Origin: a virus | Taxonomy: Duplodnaviria; Caudoviricetes | DNA: 51,123 nucleotides | Strand: one strand, 5' to 3' | Virus record (IMG/VR): IMGVR_UViG_3300042518_000793 | Coordinates: 1-51,123 of that record | Shown: in pieces, positions 8,247 to 16,634 of the stretch | How positions within the stretch are numbered: position 1 is the first letter of the stretch | Layout of the letters: every line of letters begins with the position of its first letter | Notes under the pieces: model-generated | What the model was told of the DNA's origin: nothing | The model's database searches: none | The model's input: the letters and a program-made list of their open reading frames with translations, nothing else | Made by a program: the position numbers and the translations under genes

Positions 8247-8761
8247 ACCGCGTTCAACTCATCGGCAATCTGGGCAAAGACGCCCGCGTCAACACCCTGC
8301 CATCAGGCACCACCGTCGCCTCGTTCTCGGTCGCGACCGAGGAGCGTTACCTCGACCGCAAGACCAACGAATGGAAGGGCGTCACGACATGGCACGACGT
8401 CGACGTGTGGGAGCCCAAGCCCCACATCGCTGCGCTTACCAAGGGGCAGCGCGTCTACGTAGACGGCTCTATCAGCGTCCGCGAGGGCAAGGACAAAGAC
8501 GGCAACAAGCGCATGTTCCACGGGGTCAAGGCGCAGTCGGTGGAAATCCTCTTCGTTCCCGACCGCCAGGACGCCCGCCAAGACGCCCCACCCTCGAAAC
8601 CCTGGCAACCCTCGGGGCAAGCGCCGGGCGGGGCTCAGCGTGGGGCGCAGGGGCCGGGACGGGGCAATCCTGCCGCTGACTTGGATCTCGACTCCGTGCC
8701 CTTCGCCTTCCTCCTCCTCGCCCCCATCGCGGGCTATCTCGCGCAGTTCGTGGGGGTGTGA
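8243..8761 (+). CDS. ssb: Single-stranded DNA-binding protein with hydrophobic C-terminal extension
   Basis: MNRVQLIGNLGKD...FSVAT...W...TTWHDV...KGQRVYVDG OB-fold; Gly/Pro/Gln linker; DLDLDSVPF tip. Confidence 0.95.
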   Translation: MNRVQLIGNLGKDARVNTLPSGTTVASFSVATEERYLDRKTNEWKGVTTWHDVDVWEPKPHIAALTKGQRVYVDGSISVREGKDKDGNKRMFHGVKAQSVEILFVPDRQDARQDAPPSKPWQPSGQAPGGAQRGAQGPGRGNPAADLDLDSVPFAFLLLAPIAGYLAQFVGV

Positions 8762-8762
8762 C

Positions 8763-9185
8763 GTGGCGATACCGACAGACCGACAAGCGTTCCAACTCGG
8801 AAAGCGGGCGTACTACGCGGGCATGGAGCCGCGCCCCGGCATCTTCGTCCTTGGCGAAGACCCGACGACGGGCATTTACGATGCGGGCGTCATCACGGGA
8901 TTCTCGCCTAACGACAAGGTCGAGACGTCGCGTGGGTTCTTGCTCTCATGGGGCGGCGAGCTGTCCCCCGACTTCCGCGACCCCGGAACCAAAGGGCATG
9001 CGTTGGCGCAGCTTCGGGACCGAACGGGCAACCCGACACTGGTAGCGAGCTACTACGCGCACACCACCATCGTCGGTCGGCCCATCGACCTACAATGGCG
9101 CGTGGACGCAATCGGCGGGAGTCCGTACCCCACCGAAGGCGAAGCCATCGTTGCCGCATTTGAAGCAACCAAGGAGACCCCATGA
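8763..9185 (+). CDS. Hypothetical protein (PDxxDxxT.G family, NinX/ABA-sandwich-like)
   Basis: PDFRDPGTKGHAL...TEGEAIVAA, resembling 12198-12605. Confidence 0.6.
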   Translation: MAIPTDRQAFQLGKRAYYAGMEPRPGIFVLGEDPTTGIYDAGVITGFSPNDKVETSRGFLLSWGGELSPDFRDPGTKGHALAQLRDRTGNPTLVASYYAHTTIVGRPIDLQWRVDAIGGSPYPTEGEAIVAAFEATKETP

Positions 9186-9610
9186 CCCACACCGACTACA
9201 CCACCGAAGCTCTGAAGACGTGGACCGCGCCGCTCCGTGGCACCGAAGAAGGCCGCACCTACCTCGTACTCGGGCTCGTGTCCGAATTAGGCGAGGTCGC
9301 GGACGTGCTCAAGAAGGCCATCCGCAACGGGACGCCGAAGGACGAAGTGCGCCGCCGCCTCGTGGACGAGATTGGCGACGTCCTCTGGTACAGCGCGATG
9401 ATTCAGCACGAGGGCGGACTTCCCGCCATCGACCATGAACTCTCGCCGTGGCTCGAATACGTGGCGCGCGGCATCAGCGTGGCCGACTTGCTCGGGTTCG
9501 CAAGGGTGTTCTATGACATCACCGTCGAAGAGTGCCGCATCGCCAACATCGCCAAGCTCCGCGACCGCGCCGCCCGTGGCGTCATCGCGGGGGAGGGTGG
9601 GAGCCGATGA
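9182..9610 (+). CDS. mazG: MazG-like nucleotide pyrophosphohydrolase
   Basis: LGLVSELGEVADVLKK...DEIGDVLWY...NIAKLRDRAARGVIAGEG. Confidence 0.9.
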   Translation: MTHTDYTTEALKTWTAPLRGTEEGRTYLVLGLVSELGEVADVLKKAIRNGTPKDEVRRRLVDEIGDVLWYSAMIQHEGGLPAIDHELSPWLEYVARGISVADLLGFARVFYDITVEECRIANIAKLRDRAARGVIAGEGGSR

Positions 9611-10128
9611 GCACGCGAACTGAACTAGCCGTCACCATGCACGACGAGTGGCGCATCGCCAACAAGCTGTGCAAGCAACTCCGTCACGCCAACATGAACG
9701 CCTCCAACACCATCATCGTCACGGTCTCCACCGACTACTCGGCCATGCTCGGCCAGTACCTACGCCACCAGCTTAGCCACGACGGCGAAATCTGCGACGG
9801 GTTCGGAGTCGATGTGCCGTATCCCGACCAGACCTTCGACCATGTATTCGCCCGCAACGTCGGGATCATGTTCGCCATGCACGCTGACGCCGTGACGGAC
9901 AAGACGCTCTTGCTTGTCGAGGCGGGAGTAATTCGCGGCAGCAACTACGAGACGCTCGTGGCTCTCATCCGCGACTACTTCGGCCCGGTGCCGGTCAAGA
10001 CCCTCGCCATGTACGAAAACGTCGGCAGCCGCTTCAAGAGCGACTTCGTAGGCGAGTACTACGACGACACGCGCCAAGACCTCACCTTCTGGTGGGAGCA
10101 GCCCAACAACCACTGGAGGACAACGTGA
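9607..10128 (+). CDS. Type I phosphoribosyltransferase-like protein
   Basis: KTLLLVEAGVIRGSNY resembles the PRPP loop; C-terminal DFVGEY...FWWE like purine PRTases. Confidence 0.65.
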   Translation: MSTRTELAVTMHDEWRIANKLCKQLRHANMNASNTIIVTVSTDYSAMLGQYLRHQLSHDGEICDGFGVDVPYPDQTFDHVFARNVGIMFAMHADAVTDKTLLLVEAGVIRGSNYETLVALIRDYFGPVPVKTLAMYENVGSRFKSDFVGEYYDDTRQDLTFWWEQPNNHWRTT

Positions 10129-10403
10129 ACACCCTCGACCCCCGCACCGTCATCTGGATGGAACCCGCATGGCGGCAAGACGGCGACCTCTACCGGCGCA
10201 AGTACGTCACCCCGCACCCCACCGACGGCACGCTGGTCTCGTGGACCGCCATGATTGAGCCGCACCCGTCGAAGGGGTGGCGCTTCTCGCTCAGACAGAA
10301 CCACACGTCCGAGGTCAGCTACCAGTCCCCCGAAGCGGCGCAGCTCGCGTGCCAGAACATGATCGTCGTGACCGCCGCCACCGCCCCGCCATGCACGCCC
10401 TGA
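10125..10403 (+). CDS. Hypothetical protein
   Basis: GGAGG RBS, GTGA coupling. Confidence 0.65.
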   Translation: MNTLDPRTVIWMEPAWRQDGDLYRRKYVTPHPTDGTLVSWTAMIEPHPSKGWRFSLRQNHTSEVSYQSPEAAQLACQNMIVVTAATAPPCTP

Positions 10404-10858
10404 CCTCGCTACTTCTCACCATCGCCCCGCCCCCGTTCACTTGGGAGTGGCCTTCGGTCCGAGCCCACTGGCCGCACGTCAGCCCCGAACTCGAAGCGTC
10501 CATCCAAGTCGGCGCCGTCGTCGGGGGCCTCGTGGGAGACGTCGCACCGTCGTGGCTCGTGGCGACGGCGTTCGTCGAGTCGAGCTTCCGCCCGCGCGTG
10601 GTCGGGGACCGGGGGACGTCGTTCGGGTTGTGCCAACTGAAGCGGCGCACGGCTCGCGGGGCGTGGCCCGTGGCGACGACGGAGCTCCTCCTTGACCCCG
10701 TGGTCAACCTCACCGTGGCCGGCGCGGTGTACCGCCGCATCATCGCCAAGTACGGCAGGACGCGGGCTCAGTCGGTGTTCGGGTGCGGGGTTCGGTGCGT
10801 CGGGGTGACGAAGGGGGCGCGGGCTAAGTGGGCTTGGTGGCGTCGGCTTTCGGGCTAG
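10391..10858 (+). CDS. Lytic transglycosylase (SLT-like)
   Basis: VESSF catalytic Glu, GLCQL and LLDPVVNL motifs; hydrophobic N-terminus. Confidence 0.8.
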   Translation: MHALTSLLLTIAPPPFTWEWPSVRAHWPHVSPELEASIQVGAVVGGLVGDVAPSWLVATAFVESSFRPRVVGDRGTSFGLCQLKRRTARGAWPVATTELLLDPVVNLTVAGAVYRRIIAKYGRTRAQSVFGCGVRCVGVTKGARAKWAWWRRLSG

Positions 10859-11166
10859 GCCCCGTCGTCCTCGAACTCACCCGGAAACGGCTCGAACTTC
10901 AGAGGATTCGCGTTCGCCATAGAGAAGCGGGAGCGCAGCCGCTCCACCTCCGCGACCAGCGTCTCGACGTCAGCCCGCGCCGCCGCGACGAACTCCGCAT
11001 CCTCGATGGTCATTGGGTGGCCGTAGCGCCCGACTTGATGCGCGCAGACGGAGCCCTTCGGCCCGCTCACGCCGCCCATGTCGGGGCAGCACATCGCGGA
11101 GTAGGCTTCCCACGGGCCGGGGGTTGCAGCAGCGAGACGCGACTTGATGGCTCCGAGGTCAATCAT
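10855..11166 (-). CDS. Ead/Ea22-like protein
   Basis: AAATPGPW...DAEFVAAARADVETLVAEVERLR signature. Confidence 0.75.
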   Translation of the reverse strand: MIDLGAIKSRLAAATPGPWEAYSAMCCPDMGGVSGPKGSVCAHQVGRYGHPMTIEDAEFVAAARADVETLVAEVERLRSRFSMANANPLKFEPFPGEFEDDGA

Positions 11167-11345
11167 AGCCCGCACTCCTCCAGCGTTTCCGCCACCACCC
11201 GCGCCGCACCCGCCGTGAGCCCCAGCGCCACGCCGAGCGGGAACAGAGGCCACACGACCACGCCCACGATCAGGCACCCCAGCGCCGTCCCGGAGGCTCG
11301 CCGGGCAATGTGCCATGCTGCGTTGGATAGTCGTCGGTCAGTCAT
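11163..11345 (-). CDS. Small membrane protein
   Basis: Hydrophobic stretch; AAGGAGG RBS; ATGA coupling. Confidence 0.6.
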   Translation of the reverse strand: MTDRRLSNAAWHIARRASGTALGCLIVGVVVWPLFPLGVALGLTAGAARVVAETLEECGL

Positions 11346-11362
11346 TCGGCCCTCCTTGGCGC

Positions 11363-11611
11363 TTATCGGCACGAGCGCCGCCGTTTCAGAACACGCGCCG
11401 CCATCGTCTCGGCGGTGCGCTTGGCTTCGTCCAGGGTCGAGCACAGCCCTTCCACGGTGAAGCTCTTGCGGTGCGCCCGGTCGGGAATCTGCCCGAGCGT
11501 CCATGGCTCCGTGATGCACCACGCCCAGCCATCGCCAGTGAGTTCGACGTGCAGCGCCACCTGTGGGCGTAGGCTGAATTGGTGGTCCTCGGGGCCAGTC
11601 CAGTCACTCAT
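11363..11611 (-). CDS. Hypothetical protein
   Basis: GLCSTLDEAKRTAE motif; operon context. Confidence 0.6.
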   Translation of the reverse strand: MSDWTGPEDHQFSLRPQVALHVELTGDGWAWCITEPWTLGQIPDRAHRKSFTVEGLCSTLDEAKRTAETMAARVLKRRRSCR

Positions 11612-11846
11612 CTAGCGGCCCCATTCGCGCCCAATCAAGCGCCGTCTCTGCGGAAACCACCTCCGAATCGAGGTCGCCCCACTCGGCCTTGATGGCGTCG
11701 AGCAGGCGTGTGGCTTCCACGAGGTCGCCTGAGTCGATGGCCTCGTGAACCTCGCGCCGCCGCCGCTCGCGCTCCTCGACGCGGGCCAGTTCGTCGGGGG
11801 TCAGGGCGCGGCCGATCCATGCCTCAATCTGCGGTGCGTACGGCAT
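11604..11846 (-). CDS. Hypothetical protein
   Basis: GGAGG RBS; operon context. Confidence 0.6.
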   Translation of the reverse strand: MPYAPQIEAWIGRALTPDELARVEERERRRREVHEAIDSGDLVEATRLLDAIKAEWGDLDSEVVSAETALDWARMGPLDE

Positions 11847-12201
11847 CAGCCACCTCCACCCCATGCGCCCGCAGGAGGGCGGTCAGGAGGGCGCGGGCGA
11901 TTCCCTCCGGTGTCCCGTCGTGGTGCTCCTCTTCGCTGTCATCACGACCCGGCCCGAGGCACGCCGCATACACGGGGTGAACCTCAATCAGCAGAGCGCC
12001 GTGACGAAGCACCGCCATCGCGAGCGCGGCGGGGGAGTTGTCCCACTCTGGCTCGTCCTTGGAGCAACAGCAGTAGCCCATCTCGTAGCCACATCCCGCG
12101 CACATCCCCGACTCAGGACGCTTGAAGCCGGGCACACTCTCTCCAGCCAGCGCGGCGAGGTCTGCGAGAGTTGTTTCCGTTTTGGAAAGAACTGCCGTCA
12201 C
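11824..12201 (-). CDS. Hypothetical Cys-containing NinX/ABA-sandwich-like protein
   Basis: CAGC...CCC, PEWDNSPAA, TPEGIARALLTA. Confidence 0.55.
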   Translation of the reverse strand: MTAVLSKTETTLADLAALAGESVPGFKRPESGMCAGCGYEMGYCCCSKDEPEWDNSPAALAMAVLRHGALLIEVHPVYAACLGPGRDDSEEEHHDGTPEGIARALLTALLRAHGVEVADAVRTAD

Positions 12202-12605
12202 GGCGTCACCTCCCGCGCCCACTGCGCCAACAGGAGGCGGGCGCAGGCTTCGGCGAGCGACTTGCCCGTGAAGCCATCGAGGGCGTCAGCGCACCGGACG
12301 TAACCCCACGACTGCGCCGTGAGGCTTGGCCTCCCCGCCATCGCCCACAGAACCCCGCCCGTCGCGTCGTCATCGAGGTCGGGAATTGCCCTCTCGAACG
12401 CAGCCGGCATCATCGGAGCCTCGTGCAAGTCGCCCTCCGACGTGACCGCCGACAGGTCGGGCTCTCCGTCCACGATGCGCCACACGTAGTCACCGGGTTG
12501 CCAGTTACCCGTGGGCGACCGCTCGCGCGCCAGCATGCCCGCCCGCCACTCGAACTTGGGGTTCGCGGCAAGTTCCCGCGCAAGCTTCAGCTGTTCGTCG
12601 TTCAT
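12198..12605 (-). CDS. Hypothetical protein (PDxxDxxT.G family)
   Basis: WRAGML...PDLDDDATGGVL...SLAEACARLL. Confidence 0.65.
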   Translation of the reverse strand: MNDEQLKLARELAANPKFEWRAGMLARERSPTGNWQPGDYVWRIVDGEPDLSAVTSEGDLHEAPMMPAAFERAIPDLDDDATGGVLWAMAGRPSLTAQSWGYVRCADALDGFTGKSLAEACARLLLAQWAREVTP

Positions 12606-12934
12606 GGCTGCACCTCCATCTTCGCCAGGAGCTTCTTGATTCGGGCGACTTCGGTGTCGTTCGCCGCGATCTGCGTGTTCGCCTTCGTGATATCGTCCCG
12701 GCACCGGGATGAACTCTTCTCGACGAAATCAAGTGTCTCTTTGGCCGCTGCGATTCCAGCCGCTTGCGCTGCCGACTCATCATCGAACACGCGCGCACCC
12801 TCGGCGTACGTCTTGCCGCCCGCGCCATCCCAGATGAACCCGCCATCGTAGTACCGCTTTCGCCGGTTCCGCACCTTGACCACCTTCGGCTTGAAGGTCT
12901 TGGTGTCGTAGGACCATCGCTCTTCCCACTTCAC
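12602..12934 (-). CDS. Hypothetical protein with C-terminal coiled coil
   Basis: GGAGG RBS, coupled. Confidence 0.65.
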   Translation of the reverse strand: MKWEERWSYDTKTFKPKVVKVRNRRKRYYDGGFIWDGAGGKTYAEGARVFDDESAAQAAGIAAAKETLDFVEKSSSRCRDDITKANTQIAANDTEVARIKKLLAKMEVQP

Positions 12935-13146
12935 GACTGCACCTCCCGCCGAACCTCCTTGTAGACGCTGCGGACGAGCTTGGTAGCAATCCTCAGCACC
13001 GACACATCCCCCGGTGCCGACGCCCGCCGCGTCGCGACCTCGACCGCCTGCTTGGAGCGCCCGTAGTCTTTGGCGATTGACGCCCACTTCTCGCCCTTCT
13101 CGCGGCGTCGCTTGATGTCCTCGAAGTCATACGGTCGTTTCTGCAT
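12931..13146 (-). CDS. Small HTH protein
   Basis: GEKWASIAKDYGRSKQAV; GGAGG RBS; first gene after the divergent promoter. Confidence 0.7.
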   Translation of the reverse strand: MQKRPYDFEDIKRRREKGEKWASIAKDYGRSKQAVEVATRRASAPGDVSVLRIATKLVRSVYKEVRREVQS

Positions 13147-13195
13147 GGAAGCGCCTCCTCGCGCTCCCGACACAATGCCGCGCGGAATCGTCGCG

Positions 13196-13219
13196 GTCAA
13201 CGTTGTTTTGTTGTTGACG
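13196..13219. promoter_or_regulatory. Bidirectional promoter core, copy 2
   Basis: Exact match to 3946-3969; -10-like CATCAT (+) and CATTGT (-). Confidence 0.75.
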
Positions 13220-13265
13220 ACGGATTACGGGGCGGCATCATGGGGGAGCAACCGAGGAGGTTCCA

Positions 13266-13493
13266 ATGGTCCACAGTCTCTACAAGGTCGTTTCGCTGCT
13301 CGGGGAGTCCGAGGAGCTTGCGCCCACTGCCGATGAAGCAGCCCTGCAACACGTCCGCGCCGGGCGTCCGCTCACCCGAACGACGGTCACCGTCAACCGC
13401 GAAGGCGTCACGCTCGCCTTCCGCGTCGAGCCGACGCTGGATTACCGCGCGTTCTCCCTGCCGGTGCCCGGCTGCTTCGAGGCCCGCCAATGA
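13266..13493 (+). CDS. Hypothetical protein
   Basis: GAGGAGG RBS. Confidence 0.7.
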   Translation: MVHSLYKVVSLLGESEELAPTADEAALQHVRAGRPLTRTTVTVNREGVTLAFRVEPTLDYRAFSLPVPGCFEARQ

Positions 13494-13708
13494 CCGCCGC
13501 CGAGAGGTTCAAGGCGTGCCCCATCGCGGACCGCGAAGCGCCCATTATGGCGCTCGAACGCGAAGCCCGCAGCCTCACCGCGAAGGCGCTTGCCTGCCGA
13601 GACCACGGCGCGGACGCCATCGCGGACATTGCAGTGGGCCAACAAACCGCCGTGCTTGCGGCGCTCGAAGTGCTCCGCGCGCTTCACAAGGAGGCCACCA
13701 ATGGCTGA
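13490..13708 (+). CDS. Hypothetical protein
   Basis: ATGA coupling. Confidence 0.65.
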   Translation: MTAAERFKACPIADREAPIMALEREARSLTAKALACRDHGADAIADIAVGQQTAVLAALEVLRALHKEATNG

Positions 13709-14780
13709 CCTCGCCAACTGGCACGACGTACGCGGCACCGTGACCACCGCAAGCAACATCGCCGCGCTCGCCAAGCTCAGCAAGTGGGAGACCCCATGGT
13801 CGCTCTACATGCGCCGCAAGGGCCTACTCCCGCCCGTCGAAGAGACGGAGGCGATGTGGTTTGGCACCGCCTTGGAGCCCGTCATCATGGCGCGGCTTGC
13901 GGTGGTTCTCGACTGCCCCGTGGTCAGATGGGAGGACTTCGCTCGCGGCAACGCCATCAGCGAACAACACCTCTTCGACATGGGCACCGTCATCGTGCAG
14001 ACGGACCGCTGCCCCGTGCTCATCAACGAGCGCCTCGGCACCGGAGGCACCCCCGACGGCGTGGCCTACATCGACGGCCAATGGTGGCTCGTCGAGTGCA
14101 AAACCGTGGGCTACCAAGCCCATTGCGCGTGGGCCAAGTCGGACGGTGAAGCGACCTTCGACGGACTCAAGCCCCCGCAGCGCGAGCTTCCCGATGGCTA
14201 CGTCACGCAACCGACCGTCTACTGCGGCCTTCTCGGACTCGCGGGCATCGTGGTCCCGGTCCTCGTGGCGGGGCAACACCTCGACGTGTACCGCGTAGAG
14301 TTCGACAGGGACCTGTTCGATGCGCTCTGCGTGCTCTCGCAGGAGGCAGCGCAGGCCGATGAGCCGCCCGAGTTCGACCCCTACAAGGACGGCGAGCGCG
14401 TGGGCCAGTGGGCTGCGATGATGCCCGCCACCGAGACCGTGACCATCGACGACCCGGAGTTCGTGACGCTCGCTCGCGAAGCCGACGCCTTCCACCAGCT
14501 TGCGAAGCGCGCCAAGGAAGAAAGCGACGCCCGCCGCGCCGCGCTCCTGCACCGCATGGTCGAGGCCGGTATCGCCAAAGCCACGGTGCCGGGCGTCGGT
14601 AAGGTGTCCGTCACCACCCTGAAGGCCGTCCCGGAGCGCACCGTGACCCAGAAGGCCCGCGCCGCGACCTGTTACGCCCGTATCGCTCTCGGCAAGGACA
14701 CCGAGACCGCAACCGCCATCGTGGCCGCGTCCGAGCAGGTTCGGGTGTTGGCCTTGAGTGACAAGGAGACCGAGGAATGA
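13701..14780 (+). CDS. YqaJ/lambda-exonuclease family recombination nuclease
   Basis: TASNIAA, S.W.TPWSLY, G..LEP, TPDG, VECKT, P..Y..Q motifs. Confidence 0.9.
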   Translation: MADLANWHDVRGTVTTASNIAALAKLSKWETPWSLYMRRKGLLPPVEETEAMWFGTALEPVIMARLAVVLDCPVVRWEDFARGNAISEQHLFDMGTVIVQTDRCPVLINERLGTGGTPDGVAYIDGQWWLVECKTVGYQAHCAWAKSDGEATFDGLKPPQRELPDGYVTQPTVYCGLLGLAGIVVPVLVAGQHLDVYRVEFDRDLFDALCVLSQEAAQADEPPEFDPYKDGERVGQWAAMMPATETVTIDDPEFVTLAREADAFHQLAKRAKEESDARRAALLHRMVEAGIAKATVPGVGKVSVTTLKAVPERTVTQKARAATCYARIALGKDTETATAIVAASEQVRVLALSDKETEE

Positions 14781-15214
14781 AGCTGCTACGAACCTACCAC
14801 CCGGGCGGCGACCCCAAGGGATACTTCGACCCCGTCGTTCGGGCTGACTACGGAGTAACCCGCATCGCAGACTTTGGCGGTCCTCGCTTTGTCGTGGACG
14901 TCTACACGGGCGACGGGCCGCGCCAACAACTGTCCCCGCCGTTCGCCACCGAAGCCGAAGCCCTCACCGAACTCGACCGCATCGCCGCGCTCATCAGCGG
15001 GGAGGCTGCGCCCGTGCCGTCGTTCGGGTGGGTTCCGGGACCGCCGCCCGATGACGGCAAGTGGTATCTCGTCCGCTACGACGACGAGCCTACGCCGGGT
15101 GTCGCCCGATTCAGTTCAGGTCAAGCCGAGTACGTTGACGACGCCGGTCAAAGCTACGGCGGCAACCTCATCACCCACCACAACCCCACGCCCATCAGCC
15201 TGGAGATTTCATGA
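14777..15214 (+). CDS. Hypothetical protein with DUF551-like C-terminus
   Basis: WVPGPPPDDGKWYLV...ITHH.P.P. Confidence 0.6.
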   Translation: MKLLRTYHPGGDPKGYFDPVVRADYGVTRIADFGGPRFVVDVYTGDGPRQQLSPPFATEAEALTELDRIAALISGEAAPVPSFGWVPGPPPDDGKWYLVRYDDEPTPGVARFSSGQAEYVDDAGQSYGGNLITHHNPTPISLEIS

Positions 15215-15522
15215 GCAACGACACCGCCATCATCATCCAGTCCGTCGAAGGGCGCTTGTGCGTCGTGACCATCGGCGCTGACATCGCAGCGGTCGCCGCC
15301 ATGCTGAACCGCGAGGAGGTCATCGGCCAAGTTGCGTCGGTGCTTTACGAGGGCAAGCCCAACTACCGCGACCGCGTGCCGAACCAAAACAACGACCACC
15401 ACCTCAGCGACGCCACCCGCCTAGAGTCGATTCTCGAAAGCATCGAAGACGCCAAGCGCATTGTGATTGCGCTCCGTAACCAGCACCTCAACGAAGTCAT
15501 TCGCTCCAAGGAGGCCCCATGA
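15211..15522 (+). CDS. Hypothetical protein
   Basis: Coupled at both ends. Confidence 0.65.
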   Translation: MSNDTAIIIQSVEGRLCVVTIGADIAAVAAMLNREEVIGQVASVLYEGKPNYRDRVPNQNNDHHLSDATRLESILESIEDAKRIVIALRNQHLNEVIRSKEAP

Positions 15523-16313
15523 CCACCGAGACCGCCATTCAATCCACCAGCGCTTTCAACTCCTCCGAGGGCTTCGAGCTTCTTCAGCGCGTCGGCAACA
15601 TGTTCGCGAAGAGCGAGCTTGTGCCCCAGCACCTCCGGGGCAAACCCGCAGACTGCATCATCGCGGTGCAGCTCGCGCACGAGATGGGCCTTGCGCCGCT
15701 CTCCGTGCTCCAGAACATCTACATGGTCAGCGGCAAGGCGGGATGGTCCGCTCAGTTCCTCATCGCCCGCGCCAATGCGTCGGGGGTCTTTGACGACTCG
15801 GGCATTGACTGGGAGATCACGGGCAGGGGCGCTGACCTCGAAGTAACGGCCTTCGCCACCAAGCGCGCGGGAAGTCGCCGCGTCGAGTACACGGTGAGCT
15901 ACGCCATGGCCAAGGCCGAAGGATGGACGAAGAACGCCAAGTACCAGACGATGCCCGAGCTGATGTGTCGCTACCGTGCCGCGACCACCCTCATCGGGCT
16001 CTACTGCCCCGAGGTCAAGTTCGGTCTTGGCGTGCGCGAAGAACTGGAGGACATCGCCGTGTCCACTCCGCCCGCCCAGACGTCGCGCATCAAGGACCGT
16101 GTCCTTGCCGCCGCCCGCCACCAGCCCGAGCCCGCCGACGTCATCGACGAGCCCGCCGTGGAACCCAAGACCGCCGCGCGAGTCAAGGCGACGGACGACA
16201 TTCGCGACGGCACCATGGAACCCGGCGAGGCCGTGGCGTACCTCGTCGGTGCGGGGTTCACCGAGGGTGAGGCTAACCGCGTCGTCGAGGCGGCATTGGA
16301 AGGTGACGCGTGA
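15519..16313 (+). CDS. RecT-like single-strand annealing protein
   Basis: SELVP....GKPADC...A..MGL.P...LQNIY.V.GK and A..EGW...KY..MPELM..YRA; near YqaJ. Confidence 0.85.
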   Translation: MTTETAIQSTSAFNSSEGFELLQRVGNMFAKSELVPQHLRGKPADCIIAVQLAHEMGLAPLSVLQNIYMVSGKAGWSAQFLIARANASGVFDDSGIDWEITGRGADLEVTAFATKRAGSRRVEYTVSYAMAKAEGWTKNAKYQTMPELMCRYRAATTLIGLYCPEVKFGLGVREELEDIAVSTPPAQTSRIKDRVLAAARHQPEPADVIDEPAVEPKTAARVKATDDIRDGTMEPGEAVAYLVGAGFTEGEANRVVEAALEGDA

Positions 16314-16486
16314 CACCCTGGACCCGCATCGAAGACCCCCGCCAAAGCCCGCCCGAGGTCGATCAGTGCGACGAGTGCGGGTGGGTCAAGGCGACCAACC
16401 CCAACTGCCCCGAGTGTCTCCGCGTCGCTGCTATCCGGGAGGATGCGGAGACCGACCCTGAGGGACCGCGACGGAGGCGAGAATGA
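16310..16486 (+). CDS. Small zinc-finger protein (CDECG...CPEC)
   Basis: Read from the sequence; GTGA and ATGA coupling. Confidence 0.55.
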   Translation: MTPWTRIEDPRQSPPEVDQCDECGWVKATNPNCPECLRVAAIREDAETDPEGPRRRRE

Positions 16487-16593
16487 CCGCAGCCGACGTT
16501 GTGCTCTACGGGCTGGCATACATTGCGGCTCCCTTCATCGTCGGGGCTGCCGTTGGCTTCGGCGCTTGTTGGGTCGCAGACAAACTCCACTGA
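16483..16593 (+). CDS. Small single-TM peptide (MTAADVVLYGLAYIAAPFIVGAAVGFGACW...)
   Basis: GGAGG RBS, ATGA coupling. Confidence 0.55.
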   Translation: MTAADVVLYGLAYIAAPFIVGAAVGFGACWVADKLH

Positions 16594-16634
16594 CCCTCGC
16601 CACCTCACCGCCGTGGACTCTTCTCGGTTCCTCA

